NCBI GenBank assembly: GCA_028534125.1
Contig: CM052816.1
Location: 45,076,001 to 45,140,000, forward strand
Direction: 5' to 3'
Length of the DNA stretch: 64,000 bases
From: Lama glama
Lineage: Eukaryota
Shown here: one piece after another, positions 62,985 through 64,000 of the stretch
Layout: every line of letters starts with the position of its first letter
How positions within the stretch are numbered: the stretch's first letter is position 1
Translations under genes and position numbers: made by a program
The notes under the pieces: model-generated
Seen by the model: only the letters and a program-made list of their open reading frames with translations
The model's database searches: none
Told to the model about the DNA's origin: nothing

Positions 62985-63110
62985 CTCTCAAAAAGTACAG
63001 ATTCCAGGGCTCTCCCTAGGGATCCTGATTCAGTACCTCCAGGGTGGGCCTATTTATTTTTTTAAAATACCTTCCCTGGCTCATGCACACAGTCAGTTTT
63101 GAGTACCACC
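62985..63110. mobile_element. MER5-like MITE
   Basis: acagattccagggctctccc ... ctgattcagta ... gttttgagtaccac. Confidence 0.55.
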
Positions 63111-63884
63111 AAGAAGTTACTAGTTACTTGAGGAAGAGGTAACTGTATAAGCTAAAGAAGATGTAGGAGATTTATAAGTTGGCAAATGACTAGGTACGGG
63201 AAGAACAAAGAAGAAGGACTCAAAACCATCTACTAGGTTTGAAGCCTGAGCTGACTCCGAGAGTGATGGTGCCATTAGCATGAAAAGGAAAGTGGTCAGG
63301 AGGGGTAGGTTTTACTTTCTTCCTGATTTTTACTTCCAGATATTATACTAAATGTCACCCTCACGAAATAGTACTAAAGTGCTCCTTTTGTAGAGAGATT
63401 ACTAATAAGAATGATGTTAGATTACAATAGAATGATGAATAGATAGATGTGGAAATACATTTTAAGGCTGGGGAACTAGTATTTATATGCACAAACAAAA
63501 CAATCTATCCACTTTAAACAATTTATGAAGACAATTAAAAAACATTTAAAGAGCATTCTAAAACTAAATGTGAGTAATCTGGTGGAAAATTCCTGATCTC
63601 CTTTCAATCAAGTGTCTTAATTTCATAAATGTAAAAGAGCAAAACTCAAATATACAATACCTCTTATACTTACTACGTCTGAACACAAATGCAGAAGCAA
63701 ATAGAACAAAACAAAACCCACAATCGTATCTACAGCTCTTTATAAGACTTACTAAAATATTGCTGTTCACAGTTCAATTTCTATTAATAGGACAGTTTGA
63801 TGACTCATTTTGTACACTGAGTCTAATGAGAATTTTTAGATCTGCAATACCTGTGACGGCCATTAATAGTTCCTTCACTTTTTT

Positions 63885-64000
63885 TTTTTTTTTGAGATAG
63901 TTCTATGAAAATAGTGGTTTTTTTCTTGTTAAAAATTAGGGTATAATCTACACACAGTAATTTTTAGCCTTTTTAGTGCACAGTTCTATGATATTTGACA
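63885..64000 (-). mobile_element. L1 3' end (runs off the window)
   Basis: Poly-T tract, then ttttagtgcacagttctatga, typical of an L1M 3' terminus on the reverse strand. Confidence 0.5.

Noticed and set aside
657..63770. Remaining 60-130 aa ORFs in the supplied track
   Set aside because: Lengths are at background level, many lie inside TEs or use TTG/GTG starts, and none resembles a known protein.

Overview
Mammalian (eutherian) DNA, AT-rich and full of old interspersed repeats (L2, MIR, MaLR/ERV LTRs, hAT and TcMar DNA transposons). Three tRNA-derived Vic-1-type SINEs point to a camelid genome. The window starts in the last intron of ARRDC3 (+ strand). Its terminal exon begins at 1417, encodes IDPNPDQSADDRPSCPSR*, and carries a ~2.7 kb 3'UTR ending near 4160. 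About 29 kb downstream on the same strand lies what looks like the ortholog of the human NRF2/inflammation-induced lncRNA LUCAT1 (SCAL1). It has an ARE plus TATA promoter at ~33495-33550 and exon-like blocks at ~33550-33825, 34311-34459, ~42040-42140 and 42523-~42690. A small orphan CpG island at ~56950-57300 carries a near-palindromic double AP-1/ARE, an NF-kB site and an HRE. An intact MER41-like solo LTR with a GAS motif sits at 49454-49891. There is one 100-N assembly gap. No other protein-coding gene, CRISPR array or prokaryote-type system is supported, and the ORF track is essentially background. Gene and repeat-family names come from recalled sequences rather than alignments, and most repeat boundaries are approximate.
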